Source: an uncultured Chloroflexia bacterium
GTDB taxonomy: Bacteria > Chloroflexota > Anaerolineae > JAAYZQ01
Assembly (NCBI GenBank): GCA_963700285.1
Contig: CAVOXA010000009.1
Span: 294,631-358,630, forward strand
DNA: 64,000 nt
Direction of reading: 5' to 3'
A program made the translations under genes and the position numbers. The notes under the pieces are model-generated. The model was not told where the DNA came from. It saw nothing but the letters and a program-made list of their open reading frames with translations, and searched no databases. Shown in pieces: positions 18,953-33,555 of this stretch. Positions within the stretch are counted from its first letter, which is position 1, and each line of letters starts with the position of its first letter.

Positions 18953-21398
18953 ATGAAGAACAAAGGCACTGGCGACCATTTTGCTGGTGATTGGCGGTCC
19001 TGGCCGGCCTGGCGGCCGGCGGGAGCTACGCCCAGGAGGCCGGGCCGGGGACAGCTCCGCTCAGCACAGGTACTTCGGCTCCGCTCAGCACAGGTTTCAC
19101 CTACCAGGGGAAACTCAAGAGCGATGGCACCCCCTACAGCGGCGTCTGCGACCTGAGGTTCGGCCTGTGGGATGCGCCCGGTGGCGGCGCGCAGATCGGC
19201 GCGGCGCAGACCACGACCAACGTGGGCCTGGAGGAGGGAACCTTTACCGTGCAGCTCGACTTTGGGGCGGGCGCCTTCCCGGGCGCCGCCCGCTGGCTGG
19301 CCATCGAGGTGCGTTGCCCGGCGGGCAAGGGCGGCTACACGGCGCTGAGCCCGCGGCAGCCGCTGACGGCGGCGCCCTATGCGTTGTGGGCGGGGGGCGC
19401 GGCGTGGGCGGGGCTGACGGGGATGCCGGCCGGCTTTGCCGACGGGGCGGACAATGACACGACCTACAGCGCCGGGACGGGGCTGGCCCTGAGCGGTACG
19501 GCATTCGGCCTGGCCGCGGCCTACCGGCTGCCGTAGGGCTGCGCCAACGGGCAGATCGCCGAGTGGAACGGTTCCGCCTGGGCCTGTGGCAACGACGATG
19601 GGGGCGGCGGGGGCAGCGATTGGACGCTGGCGGGCAACGCCGGGACGAACCCCGGCGCCCAGTTCCTGGGCACGACCGACAACAAGGCGCTGGAGCTGAA
19701 GGTCAACGGCGCCCGGGCGCTGCGACTGGAACCGGGGTCCAGCCCCAATCTGATGGGCGGCTACAGCGGCAATGCCGTGACGAGCGGTGCAGCCGGCGCA
19801 ACCATCGGCGGCGGGGGAGGCGGCGGCAATGCCAACCGGGTGACGGACGGCTGGGGGACGGTGGCCGGTGGGGCCAACAACCGCGCCGGGGACGACAGCG
19901 GCACCGTGGAGAGTGCGCGCTTTGCGACCGTCGGCGGTGGGATAGGCAACTATGCCGGCAAGGAGTCGGCGACGGTCGCCGGGGGGTCTGCCAACCAGGT
20001 GATCGGCGCGTACGGCACGGTGGGCGGCGGGGAGCAGAACCACGCCAACGGCGAGCGCTCCACCGTGGCGGGGGGATCGAGCAACGAGGCCATCGGGCCC
20101 TATGCCACCGCCGGCGGCGGGCAGGACAACACGGCCAACGGCAGGTCGGCCACGGTGGGTGGGGGCTGGAGCAACACCGCCGGCGCCCAATACGCCACGG
20201 TGGGCGGGGGCTATGACAACGCCGCCAGCAACGAGTACACCACGGTGGGTGGCGGCAGCACGAACACCGCCAGCCACCTGGATGCCACCGTGGCCGGGGG
20301 AGGCCACAACACCGCCAGCGGCCCCCGGGCCGCCGTGGGCGGGGGGAGAGCAACACCGCCAGCGAACAGGGTGCTGTCGTGGGCGGCGGCCGGTGGAACA
20401 GCGCTGCGGCAGCCTTCGCGACCATCGGTGGCGGCGGTCCCACGGACCCTGCCAGCCCGCAGACGACCAACAACCGCGTGACCGACGAGTACGGCACGGT
20501 GGGAGGCGGCGGAGGCAACCGGGCCGGAGCCGACGATGGGAATCCACACAACCAGGACTATGCGACGGTGGGCGGGGGCTACAGCAATTTCGCCTGGGGC
20601 GAAGGTGCCACCGTGGGCGGGGGCTGGGATAACGACGCCAGCGCCACCTATGCAGTGGTGGCCGGGGGCCACGACAACAGCGCCAACGGGATGAATGCCA
20701 CCGTGGGCGGGGGCGAACAAAACTATGCCATCGGCGACATCTCCACCGTCGGCGGGGGGCTCAACAACTGGGCCAAGGGCCATGGCGCCATGGTGCCAGG
20801 CGGCACCGGCAACCGGGCCTTGGGGAACTATAGCTTCGCCGCCGGCTATCAAGCCGTGGCGACCAACGGCGGCTGCTTCGTGTGGGGCGACTATACCGGT
20901 GGCGAAATCTCCTGCAACAACAACAATCGCTGGCTAGCACGCGCCAGCGGCGGCGTCTATTTCTACACCAACTCCGCCCTCAGCAGCGGCGTGTACGTCA
21001 GCGCCGGGGGCAACTCCTGGAACGGCATCAGCGACCGGGCCGTCAAGGAGAACTTGACCCCGGCCGACGGCCAGGCCCTGCTGGAGACGCTGGCCTCGCT
21101 GCCCGTGCAGGAGTACAACCTCAAGAGCCAGAGCCCCGCCATCCGCCACATCGGCCTGGTGGCCCAGGATTTTGCGGCTTTTGGCTACGGCGAGAGCGAG
21201 ACGGCGATCAATATGCAGGATGCCGATGGCGTGGCGCTGGCCGCGATCCAGGGGCTGTACCAATTGTCGCAAGAGCAGGCGACGCAGCTTGGGGCGCTCC
21301 GGGCGGAGAACGACGGGCTGCGGGCAGAGCTCGCCGACCTGGCGGCGCGGCTGGCTGCTCTGGAGGCATCGCCTGGAAGCGCCGGTGCTGGGCAGTGA
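18953..21398 (+). pseudogene. secreted Gly-rich repeat protein with C-terminal peptidase S74 intramolecular chaperone (tail-fibre/adhesin-like), interrupted
   Basis: Signal peptide, FTYQGKL domain, many xTVGGGxxNxA repeats, SDRAVKEN...HIGLVAQD, coiled-coil tail. Frameshifts near 18965, 18992 and 20345; TAG at 19534. Confidence 0.8.
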
Positions 21399-21640
21399 AA
21401 TCGATGGAGATCGTACCGGCCTGGAACAGCCGGTGCTGGGCGGTGTAGCGACGAAGCAGTCTCTACTGAGCAGTTGGGGATCGCTTCCCTTCGGCGGCCT
21501 CAGGGCAAACTGCCGGCCTGTGGCCTCCTCGCGATGACGAGATCTGGTGTCATCTCACTCTGAGTGGCGGCACCCGCCATGGAAAAACTCGCAATGACAG
21601 GATTTGGATGCGATGGCCCTGCTACGGCTGGGGAATCGGG

Positions 21641-21669
21641 TTGACCTTCTCTCTCACCTGCGATACAAT
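21641..21669 (+). promoter_or_regulatory. sigma70 promoter
   Basis: TTGACC-N17-TACAAT. Confidence 0.55.
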
Positions 21670-21929
21670 AGGGTCGCCAGCATGGCGGAGGCTGCAATCG
21701 ACTTCCCGGACGCTTGTCAAGCGCTGGAGTCTGACCCAGTTCGCCGGATCCACGGGCTCCCATCCCTTCGCCGGGGCACGGCTTCCGGGAAATTGGGCAG
21801 GCCGTGCATCCCGCACCGCGGGGCCGATTTGCCCGGTACCATGATGGAAGGGTAGAGCAGAAGGGATAGCACCGGCAAGGGGTTCGCGGCTCCGCACGAG
21901 CAACCACCCATCTCGAAAGGAGCAAGGCC

Positions 21930-22314
21930 ATGGCCAATAAAACGCAGCCGGTCGACGAGTACCTGGCAGGCCTGCCAGAGGACAAGCGAGCGGCGCTTGA
22001 AGAGCTGCGAAAGACGATCCGCGATGTGGTACCCGGGGCCGAGGAGCGCATCAGCTACGGCCTGCCCGCCTTCCGGTTTGAAGGCAGAATGCTGGTGGGC
22101 TATGGCGCGACGGCCAAACATTGCGCCCTCTATCCTCATGAGTTCCACTACGGTCGAGGCCTTCCAGGCCGATCTGAAAGGCTATTCCACCGGCAAGGGC
22201 ACGATCCGCTTTCAGGCGGACGCCCCCCTGCCGGCGGATCTCGTTCGGAAGCTGGTCGAGGCGCGGATTGCGGAGAATCAGGTGCAACGAACTCTACAAG
22301 TGCGTTGCACCTGA
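21930..22314 (+). pseudogene. DUF1801/YdhG-family protein, frameshifted near 22135
   Basis: VDEYLAGLPEDKRAALEELR...EERISYGLPAF continues in another frame as MSST...KGTIRF...PLPADLVRKLVEAR. Confidence 0.8.
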
Positions 22315-22341
22315 ATAATGAGCCCAGATAGGAGAAGCACC

Positions 22342-22839
22342 ATGAACGAGAAGATGGAGATCATCGCGAAGCTGAGAGACGTGTTCGACCGCTGGCAGCA
22401 GCTCCTGGCCGGCATAAGTGAGGAGCAGATCACGGCCCCTCTCGCTCCCTCCACCTGGTCTACCCAAGACGTGATCGCCCACCTGTGGGCCTGGCAGCAG
22501 CTTTCCATTGCCCGCCTGGAGGCCGCCCTGCTCAACCGGGAACCCGAATTTTCGCTGTGGCCCGGGGAGATGGAACCAGAGGCGGAGGAGGAGGTGGACC
22601 GGATCAATGCCTGGGTCTATGAGGCCAACTGCGCGCGGCCCTGGCCGAGCGTGTACCGAGACTGGCAGGAAGGGTTTCTCCGGTTCCTGGAACTGGCCGA
22701 GACCGTTCCGGAAGAGGACCTGATGGACCCGGAGCGATACCCCTGGCTGGGCGGGTACCCCCTCCACGCCGTGCTCGTGGGCTCTTGTGAGCATCATCTT
22801 GAGGATCATCTGGAGCCGTTGCTGGCCGCCGGTCGCTAG
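22342..22839 (+). CDS. DinB/ClbS/DfsB-family four-helix bundle protein
   Basis: WSTQDVIAHLWAW ... EHHLEDH. Confidence 0.8.
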   Translation: MNEKMEIIAKLRDVFDRWQQLLAGISEEQITAPLAPSTWSTQDVIAHLWAWQQLSIARLEAALLNREPEFSLWPGEMEPEAEEEVDRINAWVYEANCARPWPSVYRDWQEGFLRFLELAETVPEEDLMDPERYPWLGGYPLHAVLVGSCEHHLEDHLEPLLAAGR

Positions 22840-23076
22840 TGACCCTTCACGAAACAGACATTGGCTTTTCCCTGCTCAAGGTAGGTCCGTGACCTGGCGA
22901 TTTCTGCTCCTTTCAGCGTGAAGAATCGGGTCACGGACCCGATGAGAGCGACTATGGTGCCCACATCTGTGGTGTGAAGCGGCACGCCGTCTAACCCCAG
23001 ACTGGACACCTGCCCAGAAGTAGGGTATCATACGCGCTGTATCCAGCCTATACACTCCATCGCAGGAGGCAAAACC

Positions 23077-24150
23077 ATGGATGAGACTGCAGAACTGCTA
23101 AAAGCCATCACCGAGGCCGACGGCGTGCCCGGCTACGAGAGCGACATCCGGGCCATCATGCGCGAGTACCTGGAGGACGTCGCCGTCATCCAGCAGGACA
23201 AGATGGGCAGCTTTATCGGATCGCACGCCGGCGCCGGCGAAGACGCGCCTCGGGTGATGCTGGCCGGCCACATGGATGAGATCGGCTTTATGGTCCGCCA
23301 CATCAGCAAGGAGGGCTTTGTCAAGTTCCTGCCGCTGGGCGGCTGGTGGGACCAGGTCCTGCTGGGCCACCGGGTGCGCATCAAGACTTCCAAGGGCGAC
23401 GTCCTGGGCGTGCTGGGGGCCAAGCCGCCGCACCTGCTGAGCGGGGATGAGGCGAAAAAGCTGGTCGAGAAAACGGACATGTACATCGACGTCGGCGCCC
23501 GGTCGGAGGAAGAGGTCCGCGAGTTTGGTGTGCGACCCGGCGACCCGATCATTCCCGTCAGTGATTTTGTGGTCATGGCCAACCCCAGCTTTTATCTGTG
23601 CAAGGCATTTGACAACCGCCTGGGCTGCGCGCTGGCCATGCAGGCGCTGCGGCAGGCGGCGGCGGACGGCCATCCCAACACGGTCTATGCCGTGGGCACC
23701 GTCCAGGAGGAGGTGGGGCTGCGCGGGGCCAGGACATCGGCTTTCGCCATCGACCCCGACGTCGGCATCGTGCTGGAGGTGGACATTGCCGGCGACGTAC
23801 CGGGCATCAAACCAGAAGAGTCGGCGGTCAAGATGGGCGGCGGGCCGACGATGCTGGTCTATGACAGGAGCATGATCCCCAACCTGAAGCTGCGCGACCT
23901 GGTCATCGCCACCGCCGAGGAACTCGAGATCCCGCTCCAGTTCTCGGCCATGTCCGGCGGGGCGACGGACGGCGGCCCCATGCACCTGCACAACGCGGGC
24001 GTGCCGACGGTGGTCATTGGCGTGCCGACGCGGCACATCCACAGCCACAATGCCATGATCTGCCGCGAGGACTATGACCAGGCACTGACGCTGGTGTCCG
24101 CGTTGGTGCAAAAGCTGGATGCGGAGACGGTGGCGGGGCTGACGAGGTAA
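23077..24150 (+). CDS. M42-family metallopeptidase (TET-like aminopeptidase)
   Basis: GVPGYE, GHMDEIG, KAFDNR, QEEVGLRGA, GGATDG, RHIHS. Confidence 0.95.
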   Translation: MDETAELLKAITEADGVPGYESDIRAIMREYLEDVAVIQQDKMGSFIGSHAGAGEDAPRVMLAGHMDEIGFMVRHISKEGFVKFLPLGGWWDQVLLGHRVRIKTSKGDVLGVLGAKPPHLLSGDEAKKLVEKTDMYIDVGARSEEEVREFGVRPGDPIIPVSDFVVMANPSFYLCKAFDNRLGCALAMQALRQAAADGHPNTVYAVGTVQEEVGLRGARTSAFAIDPDVGIVLEVDIAGDVPGIKPEESAVKMGGGPTMLVYDRSMIPNLKLRDLVIATAEELEIPLQFSAMSGGATDGGPMHLHNAGVPTVVIGVPTRHIHSHNAMICREDYDQALTLVSALVQKLDAETVAGLTR

Positions 24151-24217
24151 ATGTATCGCACCGGCATGGAAGAGCACCGGCCTGGAAGAGCCGGTGCTAG
24201 GCGCTGGCTGGAACGTA

Positions 24218-24304
24218 CCTGGAAGAGCCGGTGTGCTAGGGACTGAAATCAACGGAAGTCTGCCCGGCACCGCCCGTTTACGGCGGTGCCGGAATCGCAC
24301 CCAC
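24218..24304. repeat. dispersed approx. 85-bp element, copy 2
   Basis: Matches 18194-18278. Confidence 0.8.
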
Positions 24305-24383
24305 TTGGCGAGAATGCCAGCAAGGGTGCGGGCCGGAGGTCCGAGGGAAAACCCTTAGGGCCTGGATCCACTCACGTTGATAT

Positions 24384-24412
24384 TTGCCATATAGGACCAC
24401 TTTTGCTATAAT
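24384..24412 (+). promoter_or_regulatory. atp operon promoter
   Basis: TTGCCA-N17-TATAAT with extended -10 TG. Confidence 0.75.
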
Positions 24413-24490
24413 TCCGCGGGCACCCAGCAAGCCGACATTCAGTCCGACGGCGTACAGTCGGAGGTCAGCAAAGCCCGCACAAGGAGCCGG

Positions 24491-24841
24491 ATGCAGGTGA
24501 AAAAACGGCAAGCATTGGGTCTGGCCATGAACATGAGCTGGACCATGCTGTTCTCACTCCTGATTCCCCTGCTGGCCGGCGTCTGGCTTGACAAGAAACT
24601 GGGAACCGCCCCGCTTTTTATCCTGATCGGGGCTATCCTGGGCATATCAGCGGCCACAATCGGGGTCGCGCGCATGACCATCCGTACCTTTGGCAAGACG
24701 ACCGCGGCCTACGACGCTGTAAAGGAAGCAGCGCTGCTGGAGGATAGCCCAACCATCTCTGGTCCAGAGGCCGGGTGGGAGCAGCAAGCAGAAACCAACG
24801 AGCTTGTCCAGAGCGAAGGCGAAGGAAAGGACTCGCCCTGA
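24491..24841 (+). CDS. AtpZ/AtpI-family protein
   Basis: GVWLDKKLGTAPLFILIG motif; first gene of the atp operon. Confidence 0.8.
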   Translation: MQVKKRQALGLAMNMSWTMLFSLLIPLLAGVWLDKKLGTAPLFILIGAILGISAATIGVARMTIRTFGKTTAAYDAVKEAALLEDSPTISGPEAGWEQQAETNELVQSEGEGKDSP

Positions 24842-24889
24842 GTTTATCCCGAGTCCTCGAGGAACCTAGCCGAAGGAGGCAATAGCGTA

Positions 24890-26366
<1,477 letters not shown>

Positions 26367-26478
26367 CAGCATTTCTGATCTTTGGGCCTGAGACATGTGA
26401 GGCCAGAGTCTATCCTGAACGACAGCGATGGACCTAGCGAAGGGTCTCTGAGGGACCAAAATCGAAGGAGGTTGACGC

Positions 26479-26973
26479 TTGGAAGCACTAGGCATCAATC
26501 TGGGCATGTTGGTTTCCCAGGTTTTTAACTTCACGCTGCTGGCGGTGCTCCTCTATTTCGTGGCCTACAAGCCCATCCTGCGCATGCTGGACGAGCGATC
26601 GGCTCGCATCAAGAAGGGGCTGGATGATGCGGAAGCCGCTTCCAGGCGAGCCGCGGAGATAGAGCAAGAGTTCGAGCAGCAAATGGCACAAGCGCGCAAA
26701 GAGGGGCAAGAGATCATTGCCCAGGCTACGCAGATGAGCGAGAAGGCCCGCCAGGACATCCTGGAAAAGGCCCGCCAAGAGTCTCAGGAGCAGATCGAAA
26801 AGGCGAAAGAAGAGATCGCGCGCGAGCGGGATCTGGCCATGGCCGACCTGCGCCAGCAGGTTGCAGAGCTTTCACTGACCATCTCGGAAAAGGTGATCGG
26901 CGAGGCGCTGGACGAACAGACCCAGCGCAAGCTCATCGCTGGCTTTTTAGAGCAGACTGAGGGACTCAAGTGA
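26479..26973 (+). CDS. atpF: ATP synthase Fo subunit b
   Basis: N-terminal TM, KPILRMLDER, coiled coil; TTG start after GGAGG. Confidence 0.95.
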   Translation: MEALGINLGMLVSQVFNFTLLAVLLYFVAYKPILRMLDERSARIKKGLDDAEAASRRAAEIEQEFEQQMAQARKEGQEIIAQATQMSEKARQDILEKARQESQEQIEKAKEEIARERDLAMADLRQQVAELSLTISEKVIGEALDEQTQRKLIAGFLEQTEGLK

Positions 26974-27491
26974 GTGTACAAGCCCGACCACAGGAATATG
27001 CTGCAGCGATCTATGACCTGGCGCTGGAGACCTGGTCCGGCCAGTTGACCGCCCTTCAGGGCGCGCTCAAGCGGGACGGCGCCCTGCGCGCCAGCCTGGC
27101 CGATGCCAATGTCCCGACGCGGGATAAACTGGACGGGCTGGACCAGTCCCTACCCAGCCGGTTGAGTGGGGATGTGCGCAAGTTCGTAGGCACTCTGCTC
27201 GAGGCAGGGCAGCTCGATCAACTGGATGCCATCCTGGTCGAGTTTGGCCGGTTGGCACACCGCCAGCCCGAGCGCCGCATCGCCCGGGTGACCAGTGCCG
27301 TTCCGCTGACCAGAGACGAGGAAGAAGCCATGCGGGCCAAGCTGGCAGAGCGATTTGGCGCCGGCCTGGAATTCCAGTTCGACGTGGATCCGGCGCTGAT
27401 TGGCGGTGTGTATCTGCGCGTGGGCGACCAGGTGATCGACGGCACCGTCGCCGGGAAACTTGAAGCCCTGCGAACCAGCCTGGCAGCGTGA
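26970..27491 (+). CDS. atpH: ATP synthase F1 delta
   Basis: VTSAVPL; VDPALIGG...VGDQVIDGT. Confidence 0.92.
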   Translation: MSVQARPQEYAAAIYDLALETWSGQLTALQGALKRDGALRASLADANVPTRDKLDGLDQSLPSRLSGDVRKFVGTLLEAGQLDQLDAILVEFGRLAHRQPERRIARVTSAVPLTRDEEEAMRAKLAERFGAGLEFQFDVDPALIGGVYLRVGDQVIDGTVAGKLEALRTSLAA

Positions 27492-27507
27492 CAGAACAGG
27501 TAGAACC

Positions 27508-27606
27508 TGATGCGTGGCCGTGATGCGTGAATTGTGATCCCTGTGCTCAGACAGGTACTTGGGACCTGATCCGGCGCGCTGCCCGAATCACGAATCACGT
27601 TTCACG
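27508..27606. repeat. short heptamer repeats in inverted arrangement
   Basis: CGTGATG/CGTGAAT units facing TCACGAA-TCACGTT-TCACG. Confidence 0.55.
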
Positions 27607-27618
27607 CTCAGCTCTTAG

Positions 27619-29154
<1,536 letters not shown>

Positions 29155-29156
29155 CC

Positions 29157-30029
29157 ATGAAGATATCTAGAAGCCATCTGGCCCCGCGAGCGAGGAGGTT
29201 GCAGGTGTACCAACAGGGGGTTGGCGAGCGAAGGTTTGTCGCGATCGCCCTGGCCTTGACGGTGCTGTTGGCGGGGATCCTGACCGCCTGCGCCCCAACT
29301 TCGGAGCCAACCGAGGCGCCTCCGACCCAGACGCCATGGATCGTCATCGTGACCGCCACACAGGCGGCAGGGAGTGTGGCGCAGGTACAGCCGACCCAGA
29401 CGCCGTGGATCATAGTCGCGACGCCGACGCTGGCCACGCACGCAACCGCCAAGCCGGCAGCAACCGCCAAGTCGACGGCAACTGCCAAGTCGACGGCTAG
29501 CGCTACGGCGGCTAGCAGCGGCACGACTGCCGAGCCACCGCCAACAACAACGGCGCCGTCACCTACCGCGCGGCTGTCACCGACAGCGCCGCAGTCACCG
29601 ACAGCGCCGCCGACCGCCACGGATACGCCTTCGCCGGAGGACATCAAGTACCCAGCACCGGTGCCGCTGGATCCTCCTTCAGAGGGACGCGTCTCATGGA
29701 GGAGCCGGGTGCTGCTGGCGTGGACTCCGGTGGACGGGCTGGCGGAGGACGAATACTACCGTGTGGAATTCGATCGGCCACCCACGACAGAGGGCATGGA
29801 GCCCTACGGGGATTACGTCTTTGTAAAGGACAACGAATACCTGTGGGAAAAGGCAGCGCTGGCGCCTTTCCATCCGCCCGAGGTACAGGGTGATGCGGTA
29901 GTCTATTGGTGGGTTCGGGTCGTGCGCAAGACTGGCGAAGATGAGAATGGCAAGCCTTTGGGTATCGACATCAGCCAGCCCAGCGAAAAGTGGTCGCTGA
30001 TTCTCGAACCCAAGCCTGATGGTCAGTAA
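29157..30029 (+). CDS. putative lipoprotein with Pro/Thr-rich linker and C-terminal beta-rich domain
   Basis: Hydrophobic stretch plus LTAC lipobox; duplicated PTQTPWIxx; YWWVRVVR. Confidence 0.7.
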   Translation: MKISRSHLAPRARRLQVYQQGVGERRFVAIALALTVLLAGILTACAPTSEPTEAPPTQTPWIVIVTATQAAGSVAQVQPTQTPWIIVATPTLATHATAKPAATAKSTATAKSTASATAASSGTTAEPPPTTTAPSPTARLSPTAPQSPTAPPTATDTPSPEDIKYPAPVPLDPPSEGRVSWRSRVLLAWTPVDGLAEDEYYRVEFDRPPTTEGMEPYGDYVFVKDNEYLWEKAALAPFHPPEVQGDAVVYWWVRVVRKTGEDENGKPLGIDISQPSEKWSLILEPKPDGQ

Positions 30030-30042
30030 CGTTGTAGCATGG

Positions 30043-30468
30043 GCTTGACCAAAGCAACGAACCGTTCGTAGTAGGCGCTTCAGCGCCGCAGCAAGAGCTT
30101 GACCAAAGCAACGAACCGTTAGTAGTAGGCGCTTCAGCGCCGCAGCAAGAGCTTGACCAAAGCAACGAACCGTTCATAGTAGGCGCTTCAGCGCCGCAGC
30201 AAGAGCTTGACCAAAGCAACGAACCGTTCGTAGTAGGCGCTTCAGCGCCGCAGCAAGAGCTTGACCAAAGCAACGAATCGTTCGTAGTAGGCGCTTCAGC
30301 GCCGCAGCAAGAGCTTGACCAAAGCAACGAATCGTTCGTAGTAGGCGCTTCAGCGCCGCAGCAAGAGCTTGACCAAAGCAACGAATCGTTCGTAGTAGGC
30401 GCTTCAGCGCCGCAGCAAGAGCTTGACCAAAGCAACGAATCGTTCGTAGTAGGCGCTTCAGCGCCGCA
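30043..30468 (+). repeat. tandem array, about 8 x 54 bp, each unit containing a REP-like element
   Basis: GCTTGACCAAAGCAACGAAYCGTTCGTAGTAGGCGCTTCAGCGCCGCAGCAAGA at 30043, 30097 ... 30421. Confidence 0.95.
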
Positions 30469-30497
30469 ACGGAGGTTTGAGCGGATACCGCGAGCCT

Positions 30498-30618
30498 GTT
30501 ATTCTGACCGGAGCACAGCGGAGTGAGACATGCCCAGAGCACGTCCTGAGTCGGCGAAGGAGCACAAAAGGAATCTCGGTGGCCGCAGAAGAGATCCTTC
30601 GCTAGCACTCAGGATGAC
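30498..30618. repeat. GTCATCCTGAG-type palindromic element
   Basis: GTTATTCTGA ... AGATCCTTCGCTAGCACTCAGGATGAC with inverted ends. Confidence 0.6.
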
Positions 30619-30640
30619 TTGTTTACCCAAGGAGTAGCCG

Positions 30641-31543
30641 TTGCCCAGCACGAGAGAGATCCGGCGACGCATCCGCAGCGTCAAGAACATATCCCAGGTA
30701 ACGCGGGCCATGCAGATGGTGGCCGCATCCAAGATGCGGCGCGCCCAAGAGCAGGTGCTGGCCACGCGATCATACAGCGAAAAAGCCTGGCATGTGTTGA
30801 GCAATCTGGCCGCACAGCGGGGTGTGGATGAGACAACCCATCCCCTGCTGGACGTTCGAGATGAGATCAAGACCGTGGCCATGGTGCTTATCACCTCTGA
30901 CAAGGGGTTGTGCGGCAGCTACAATCACGGCATGATCCAGATGGCGCTGCGCTTCATCCAGGAGGTGCCGTATCCGGTAGAGCTGATCACGGTCGGTACG
31001 CGCGGCCGCGACACCATGTGGCGCCTGAGGCAGACGATCGTCGCAGAGTATTCCGATCTGCCACCTACACCCAGGCTGCTGGACGTGACACCCATCGCTC
31101 GCACCGCCATGGAAGGGTTCATCGACGGCCAGTTTGATGCCGTTTACCTGGCCCACACCGATTTCATCAATACCCTGGTCCAGCGTCCGGCTATTTGGCA
31201 GCTGCTGCCCATCCGGCCCCTGGACCTGGGGGTGACGCCGATTTCAGAGCACCGGGGAGGAGAAGCAAAAGAGGCCACGGTGGAGTACATTTACGAACCC
31301 AATCCGCGGGCCATCCTGGACACGGTGCTGCCACGCTTTACGGAACTGCAGATCTATCAGGCCATTTTGGAAGCCTTTGCCAGTGAGCACAGTGCGCGGA
31401 TGGTGGCCATGCGCAACGCGACGGAAAATGCCAACGATCTGCTGGCGGACCTGACGCTGACCTTCAACCGCGCCCGCCAGGAAGCAATCACCAAGGAGAT
31501 GCTGGATATCGTTGGCGGCGCGGAGGCTCTGTCCAAGTCATAG
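30641..31543 (+). CDS. atpG: ATP synthase F1 gamma
   Basis: TRAMQMVAASK, SDKGLCG, SEHSARMVAM, RQEAITKE. Confidence 0.98.
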   Translation: MPSTREIRRRIRSVKNISQVTRAMQMVAASKMRRAQEQVLATRSYSEKAWHVLSNLAAQRGVDETTHPLLDVRDEIKTVAMVLITSDKGLCGSYNHGMIQMALRFIQEVPYPVELITVGTRGRDTMWRLRQTIVAEYSDLPPTPRLLDVTPIARTAMEGFIDGQFDAVYLAHTDFINTLVQRPAIWQLLPIRPLDLGVTPISEHRGGEAKEATVEYIYEPNPRAILDTVLPRFTELQIYQAILEAFASEHSARMVAMRNATENANDLLADLTLTFNRARQEAITKEMLDIVGGAEALSKS

Positions 31544-31597
31544 GCGCAATGGAAGAGAGAACGACAAGGGCAGCCAAGGCTTGGGGAAGAAAGCTAG

Positions 31598-33055
<1,458 letters not shown>

Positions 33056-33514
33056 ATGGCGCAGATACGTTGCGAAGTTGTGACCGCCGAACGTACTGTC
33101 CTTGACGACGACGTGGACATGGTCGTGGCCCCAGGCATTGACGGGCAATTGGGCATCCTACCCCACCACGCTCCTTTGATGACGGCCCTGACCTATGGAG
33201 AACTGATCATCCACCGGGCAGGGAAGGAAGAAGAATTCGTCGCGATCGGCGGTGGGTTTATGGAGGTCGGGCCGGACCACGTTACTATCCTGGCGGACTC
33301 GGCTGAAAGAGCGGAAGAGATTGACGAGGAGCGGGCTGAGGCCGCGCGCCTGCGTGCCGAGGCTGTCATGGCCCAGAAGCAGCGCGAAGATGTGGATCTG
33401 GCCCGCGCCGAAGCTATGCTGCGCAGGTCGATGATCCGGCTGAAGGTGGCCAGGCGGAAGCGACGCTATGGTGGCAGGGGTTCAGGTCCTGGCCAGCCAC
33501 CGGGATCAAACTAG
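33056..33514 (+). CDS. atpC: ATP synthase F1 epsilon
   Basis: [25 protein letters not shown]. Confidence 0.97.
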   Translation: MAQIRCEVVTAERTVLDDDVDMVVAPGIDGQLGILPHHAPLMTALTYGELIIHRAGKEEEFVAIGGGFMEVGPDHVTILADSAERAEEIDEERAEAARLRAEAVMAQKQREDVDLARAEAMLRRSMIRLKVARRKRRYGGRGSGPGQPPGSN

Positions 33515-33555
33515 TCAATGATGATAATCTATCGGGATCGGATGGACAACAACAA

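Noticed and set aside
19534-19536. Pyrrolysine or amber readthrough at the in-frame TAG
   Set aside because: Context fits a CAG-to-TAG change in a gene with other lesions, and no pyl genes are visible.
18559-20547. Long antisense ORFs (662 aa here; also 27658..28917, 23098..24300 and 14908..16041)
   Set aside because: Shadow frames of GC-rich genes on the opposite strand.
18953-21398. Prophage tail module
   Set aside because: No other phage genes, and the protein has a signal peptide.
30043-30468. CRISPR array
   Set aside because: Units are near-identical over the full 54 bp with no unique spacers, and there are no cas genes in the window.
29971-30608. Minus-strand repeat-protein ORFs (LLWSSSCCGAEAPTTNDS)n and (LKRLLRTIRCFGQALAAA)n
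   Set aside because: By-products of a stop-free 54-bp unit, antisense to the atp operon, with no RBS seen.
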